A DNA stretch of 64,000 bases from NCBI GenBank assembly GCA_963767735.1, contig CAVYES010000007.1, positions 192,001 through 256,000 of the forward strand. Direction: 5' to 3'. A model generated the notes under the pieces. It did not search any database. It saw only the letters and a list, made by a program, of their open reading frames with translations, and was not told the DNA's origin. The translations under genes and the position numbers were made by a program. Each line of letters opens with the position of its first letter. Position 1 is the first letter of the stretch. This DNA comes from Candidatus Bathyarchaeota archaeon (lineage in GTDB: Archaea > Thermoproteota > Bathyarchaeia > Bathyarchaeales > Bathycorpusculaceae). Below, in pieces: positions 58,874 through 64,000 of the stretch.

Positions 58874-61800
58874 CGTTCTTCCTCCAGCAATGCAGCGTCG
58901 ATCTGTGCAAGAATTTCTTCGTTCGTGAAGTGCCCTAATGTAATGGCTTTGGTTGGACAGGCTGTGCCGCAGGAACCACACCCTTTGCATACTGCTTCTA
59001 ACACGTGCGCAACGGGCTTGCCGTTCTTAATTTGAATTTCAACCGCTCCATAGGGGCACAGATGCTCGCAAATCCTGCAGCCACTGCATAAATCTTCGAC
59101 CACACTTGCAATGGTTCCTTCCGTCTCAAGTGTTTTCTTCGAAAGCACCGTAGTGGCCCTGGACGCAGCTGCACATGCCTGAGCAATGCTCTCGTCTAAG
59201 TACTTTGGTGAGTGCGCCATACCACAGAGAAAGACTCCGTCCGTGGCAAAATCAACGGGTCTGAGCTTCATGTGCGCTTCCAAGAAGAACCCATCCTTCG
59301 TTAGGGGCACCTTCAGCATCTCTGCCAGGTGCTTGTTTCCGGGATTGGGAACCGTCGCTGCGCTTAAAACCACTAGGTCAGGTTCTAGTTCAACTTCCTG
59401 CTTTAAGACTGGGTCCCAGAAGACAGCCCTGAGCTTTCCGTTGTCTATTGTGATGCGTGGTTTTCTTTCCTCGTCGTAACTTATGAAAAGAGTGCCTTTC
59501 GCCGCCGACTCGCGGTAGAAGTCTTCCTTAAAACCGTAAGTTCTCATGTCCTTGTAAAGAATGTAGACCTCCGTTTCCGGGTCTGTTTCTTTGATTTTGA
59601 GAGCGTTTTTTGTGGCTTGTCCGCAGCATATTCGTGCGCAATTCGGTTTTTCCTTGTTTCTTGCTCCAACGCACTGGATCATCACTACGCTTTTGGCCTT
59701 GAATTGGCCTTTGGCGAGGGTTTTTTCCAGTTCGTGCTGCGTTATTATCCTTGGGTCTTCACCGTAGAGGTATTCTGTAGGCGTGTATTCCATGGCCCCT
59801 GTGGCTACGATAATTATTCCGTGTTCGAGTTCCTTCAGCATGTTTGGCTGCTTTATCTTGGACTTGAAGTTGCCTACGAACCCGTAGACGTCTAAGACCT
59901 CTGCCTCTGTGTAAATGTGAATGTTTTCGTTTTTCTTAACCTGCTCGATCAGCTCGTGGAGTTTCTTTTGGGGATCAGTCTTCTCCCCCAGCAGGTAATA
60001 GATGTTGCGCAGGTGACCGCCCAACTCCGGCTCCTTCTCGACAAGGTGTACTTCAAACCCTTGCTTGGCGAGCTCTAAGGCTGCAGTCATTCCTGAAACC
60101 CCGCCGCCTATGACTAAGCCAACTTGAGTGACGTTTATGAGTGGCTTCTTCAAAGGTTTCAAAAGGTTGGCCTTAGCGGTAATCGAACGCACGAGATCCT
60201 TGGCTTTCTTGGTTGCTTCTTTCGGTTGGTGCATGTGGACCCAGCTGCATTGGTCGCGGATGTTCGTCATTTCAAACAAGTACGGATTCAATCCAGCTTC
60301 CTGCACCGTTTCCTTGAATAGTGGTTCATGAGTTCGCGGAGTGCACGACGCCACAACGACACGGTTAAGCTTGTTCTGCACAATCTTTTCTTTGATGAGC
60401 TTCTGTGTGTCCTGCGAACACGTGTAAACGTTCGCTTCCGCATAAACAACGTTGGGCAAAGTCTTGGCGTACTCCACAACCTCGGGAACATTCACCACTC
60501 CGCCAATGTTGATTCCGCAGTGACAAATGAAGACGCCGATTCGAGGTGGCTCTCGAAGGACATCTCTTTCCGGCGGGTAACTTCGCGCTGTAACTTGAGT
60601 TCCTCTGGCGCTAGCGATTATGCTCATAGCTTTGGCTGCAGCCCCGCTTGCTTGCGCCACGCTCTCTGGGATGTCTTTAGGCGCGGAAAAAGCCCCGCAA
60701 ACGAATATGCCTGGTTTTGACGTGCTCATCGGGGCGAACGTTTGAGTTTCGCAAAAATTATATTGGTTAAGCTCAATTCCCAGAACGTCTGCGAGTTCTT
60801 CTATATTTTTCGGAGGAATGCATACCTATGGACAGGACTACCATGTCGAACTCTTCGTTCACGGGCGTTTCATCTTTGACGTAGTGAACAAAAAGATTAC
60901 CAGTGGCTGGGTCCTCGGTGACTGAACCTGCGCGTGAACGCATAAATCTTATGCCATACTCTTCTTCAGCACGGTTGCGATATTCGTCAAATTCCTTTCC
61001 ATACGAACGCATGTCCATGTAAAAAATTGATGCCGCGAGCGGCGTGGGCGTGTGCTCCTTTGCTATCACCGCTTCTTTGATCCCATACATGCAACAAGCT
61101 GCAGAACAATATTTGTTTCCAACCTTATAATCCCTTGAACCCACACACTGAACGAACGCAACTCTTTTCGGTATTTCACCGTCTGAGGGCCGCAAGACAA
61201 GCCCGCCGTAAGGTCCAGAAGCACTCAATATACGTTCGAATTCGATGCTGTTAACCACGTTTGGGTAGCGTCCGTACCCATATTCAGTTTTGAGCCTTGC
61301 GTCGAAAGGTTCGAAGCCCGGCGCGAGTATTATTGAGCCTACCCTCAGTTTGACTTGGCTGTCTTTCTGGTCATACTGAATTGCACCAGCCTTACAGACT
61401 TCCTCGCAAGTTCCGCATCCGATGCATTTTTCGCGGTCGATCAGGTACTTCAGCGGTACAGCCTGCGGATATTCAACGTAAACCGCGCCTTTCTGTCCGA
61501 GCCCTTCATTGAAAGAATCAACCGCTTCAATAGGACACTTCTGGGCGCACAGACCGCATCCGTTACACTTTTCCTCGATTATGAAACGGCTCTTTCGTCG
61601 AAGCCCAACTTCAAAGTTCCCGGCTTGGCCACTCAAATTCGCTATCTCAGCGTTCGTCAGGATTGTGATGTTCGGGTGTCTTCCGGTAGCCACAAGCTTG
61701 GGCGAAAGAATACACATTGAACAATCATTTGTAGGAAATGTCTTGTCAAGCTGGGCCATCACACCGCCGATGCTGGGTCCTTTATCTATAAGGTACACCC

Positions 61801-61891
61801 TGAACCCTGAATCAGCAAGGTCAAGTGAAGCCTGAATGCCCGCAACGCCGCCGCCAACAACCATTACCGCGCCGATTTTCTCGTCAACCAT
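58870..61891 (-). CDS. hdrA: Large double-module heterodisulfide reductase subunit A (about 1000 aa), apparent +1 frameshift near 60818
   Basis: [20 protein letters not shown], ferredoxin motifs, QCVGSR, CHCG.NI, CTPRTHE, second [16 protein letters not shown]; linker [22 protein letters not shown] joins the two ORFs. Confidence 0.92.
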
Positions 61892-61897
61892 CTGCTA

Positions 61898-62668
61898 TTA
61901 CGCCTCCAAAGCCTTGTAGAAAGGCGTGTTCCCTTCAATGTGATCAACCGTAATCATGTTTCTTCTCCGCATTGCAACAATATGCTTGAGAACATCGCTC
62001 GGTTTCAGCTCGGTGGCCGCCGCCAGAGCCCTGATCGGCAACGAGTTGTTCCTCGTTAAAACATGAATCTTGTGACGCAGGAATTCGGCTTCAACTGCCT
62101 CGTCGAGAAGGTCCTCAAATTCCTCTTGAAGGACTTTTTCACCATAGACATTGCTTTTTTCGGTTAACTCCCTTTCCTTGCCAACTAGAACCCTTAGCCT
62201 GAAACCTGCAGCAACATCTATTGCAGCCGCAAGATTCTCAATCATCTTCGGGTCTGGTTTAGTTCCAGATAAGGGAGACGGACCCAGCTTCCTTATTCGT
62301 TCCGTAAATTGCGTCACTACTTGGGCGAATCTTTGGCCTTCCGATGCTGAAACCCATTCGAGTTCTAACCTTTCTGAACCCAAACCGCTCAGCGTCAACA
62401 GTTTTTTGAGCAGTTTAATTTTTTTCTCTTCATAAAGATTTCCTTCCGAGTAGTGGCAGTCGCCGGGGTGGCATCCCAAGACAATGACTCCGTCGGCGCC
62501 TTGGGCGAAAACTTGTAGAGGGATCACCGGGTCTATTCTTCCGCTACACATAACTCTTACCACTCGAATGTTAGAGGGATACTGAATTCTGCTTACACCG
62601 GCTAGGTCTGCGCCTGCATAACTGCACCAGTTGCAGAGAAAACCGATTATCTTGGGTTCGAATTCCAC
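61898..62668 (-). CDS. mvhD: MvhD with a C-terminal extension of about 120 aa (helical/wHTH-like)
   Basis: [23 protein letters not shown], then the extension. Confidence 0.88.
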   Translation of the reverse strand: MEFEPKIIGFLCNWCSYAGADLAGVSRIQYPSNIRVVRVMCSGRIDPVIPLQVFAQGADGVIVLGCHPGDCHYSEGNLYEEKKIKLLKKLLTLSGLGSERLELEWVSASEGQRFAQVVTQFTERIRKLGPSPLSGTKPDPKMIENLAAAIDVAAGFRLRVLVGKERELTEKSNVYGEKVLQEEFEDLLDEAVEAEFLRHKIHVLTRNNSLPIRALAAATELKPSDVLKHIVAMRRRNMITVDHIEGNTPFYKALEA

Positions 62669-62672
62669 TAAC

Positions 62673-64000
62673 TTAAGCCCCTCCTAGCGCAGACGTTGCT
62701 TCAGCGATAATTTGAGCGTCGCTGAAGTGCCGCATGTTAATGGCTTTTTCAGGGCAACTTGCGGAACACACTCCACAGCCCTTGCATAAAACATCGTTTA
62801 CCCTTGCAACTCCATGTTCATCCTTTCTTATGGCGCTGTACGTGCACAGCTTGACGCATGTGCCACATCCGGTGCATCTGGTCTCGTCAACACGAGCCGT
62901 TATTGCTTCGGTTCTAACTTTTCCTAGTGCTATAGGGATGCCTGCCCTCGATGCAGCAGCGTAGGCTTGAATGATGCTTTCGGGGACCGTTTTGGGTCCA
63001 TGCGCGGTTCCACATAAGAAAATGCCATCTGTCGCGAAATCGACGGGTCTGAGTTTAACGTGTGCTTCCAAGAAGAAGCCCTCTGCCCCTAACGGAACCT
63101 TCAGGAGCTTTGAAAGTTCGGTCGCGTCTTCCGATTTAACGAGTGGGGTGGATAACACTATGAGGTCGGGATCGAGCTCAAGTGCGTAGTTGCCCAAGAT
63201 GTCATGCACCTTAACTGAGAGTTTGCCGTTTGCGCCTGAACTCACCTTAGGTGGATTATCATCGTCGTATCTTATGAATTGCACGAAGTTATGTCTAGCC
63301 TTCTCATATTGCTCTTCGAAGTCCTTGCCGTACGCTTGCATGTCTCTGTAAAGTATTGAAACTTCGGAGTCTGGAAGCATTTCCTTGATTATCATGGCGT
63401 TTTTAAGTGCCATGGTGCAACATATTCGGGAGCAGTAGTTTCGTCCGCCCACTTTTCCTTCTCTCGCACCGACGCATTGAATCATAAGTATGTTCTTTGG
63501 CTTCCCAAGTTTTTCTTCTTTCATGAGTTTTTCAAGCTCAAGTTGGGTTATGACGTTCTTGTTTTCGCCATAGCAGTACATTCCGATGGGCTTAAAAACG
63601 TCGGCTCCTGTGGCAACCACTATCGTGCCAGCCTTGAGTTTTTCTTCGGTCCCCCAAAACGAGCCCTTCCAGAGGGGGGAGGGATTGATGTTGAGGGTTA
63701 CTTCGAAGTTTCCGATGAAACCATCAACACGCTTCACAGTAGAGGACGTATAGATTTTGATGTTTGGGTTTGAGCGCGCGGACTGGATGTATTCGCCAAG
63801 AACTTCTGAACTCAGCTTATCGCTGGGATACAGCCTGTATAGTTCGCATAGTTTCCCGCCGAGCTCTTGGTTTTTCTCTACTAAGTTCACATTAAAGCCT
63901 TGGTTGGCAAGGCTAATCGCCACCGTCATTCCTGAAACTCCGCCACCGATGACGAGTGCTGAAGGTTGAACCTCAATCTCAGGTTCCGTCTGAGGTTCGA
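62673..64000 (-). CDS. hdrA: HdrA-like flavoprotein, 5' part beyond the window
   Basis: GGGVSG, QCVGAR, CSRICC, EAHVKLRPVD, two ferredoxin motifs; frame open to the window edge. Confidence 0.9.
   Translation of the reverse strand, partial: EPQTEPEIEVQPSALVIGGGVSGMTVAISLANQGFNVNLVEKNQELGGKLCELYRLYPSDKLSSEVLGEYIQSARSNPNIKIYTSSTVKRVDGFIGNFEVTLNINPSPLWKGSFWGTEEKLKAGTIVVATGADVFKPIGMYCYGENKNVITQLELEKLMKEEKLGKPKNILMIQCVGAREGKVGGRNYCSRICCTMALKNAMIIKEMLPDSEVSILYRDMQAYGKDFEEQYEKARHNFVQFIRYDDDNPPKVSSGANGKLSVKVHDILGNYALELDPDLIVLSTPLVKSEDATELSKLLKVPLGAEGFFLEAHVKLRPVDFATDGIFLCGTAHGPKTVPESIIQAYAAASRAGIPIALGKVRTEAITARVDETRCTGCGTCVKLCTYSAIRKDEHGVARVNDVLCKGCGVCSASCPEKAINMRHFSDAQIIAEATSALGGA

Overview
Archaeal chromosomal DNA, most likely Bathyarchaeia (TACK), judged from gatDE, Elp3, RIO2, LSm, rps30e, archaeal TATA/SD signals, an expanded PAS-kinase family and an Hdr/Mvh cluster. 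In order, the window holds: a two-component module; tRNA-Pro(GGG) with a decayed att-like copy; a K+ uptake island; a PiT/DUF47 pair; a full-length Lrp; Fe-S/redox genes; housekeeping genes; an orphan PstS divergent from a CHASE4 kinase; a 2119-aa CheB-CheR-PAS-GAF kinase; a Pat-type acetyltransferase; a group 3b-like hydrogenase with fused beta/gamma subunits; and an hdrA-mvhD-hdrA-mvhD-hdrCB-mvhG cluster with no adjacent mvhA. The best novel candidate is the K+ island (about 6.1-15.6 kb). It carries kdpABC without kdpDE or a canonical kdpF, three HTH-less Lrp ligand-binding proteins, an APC permease and two unannotated homologous 32/35-aa membrane peptides. Five promoters in it share a 17-bp pseudo-palindrome placed exactly 5 bp upstream of the TATA box. 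A rod-like structured ncRNA candidate lies at about 24.4-24.55 kb. Several single-base frameshifts, including two in the essential gatE, look like sequencing errors. All calls come from reading the sequence; no database searches were run.
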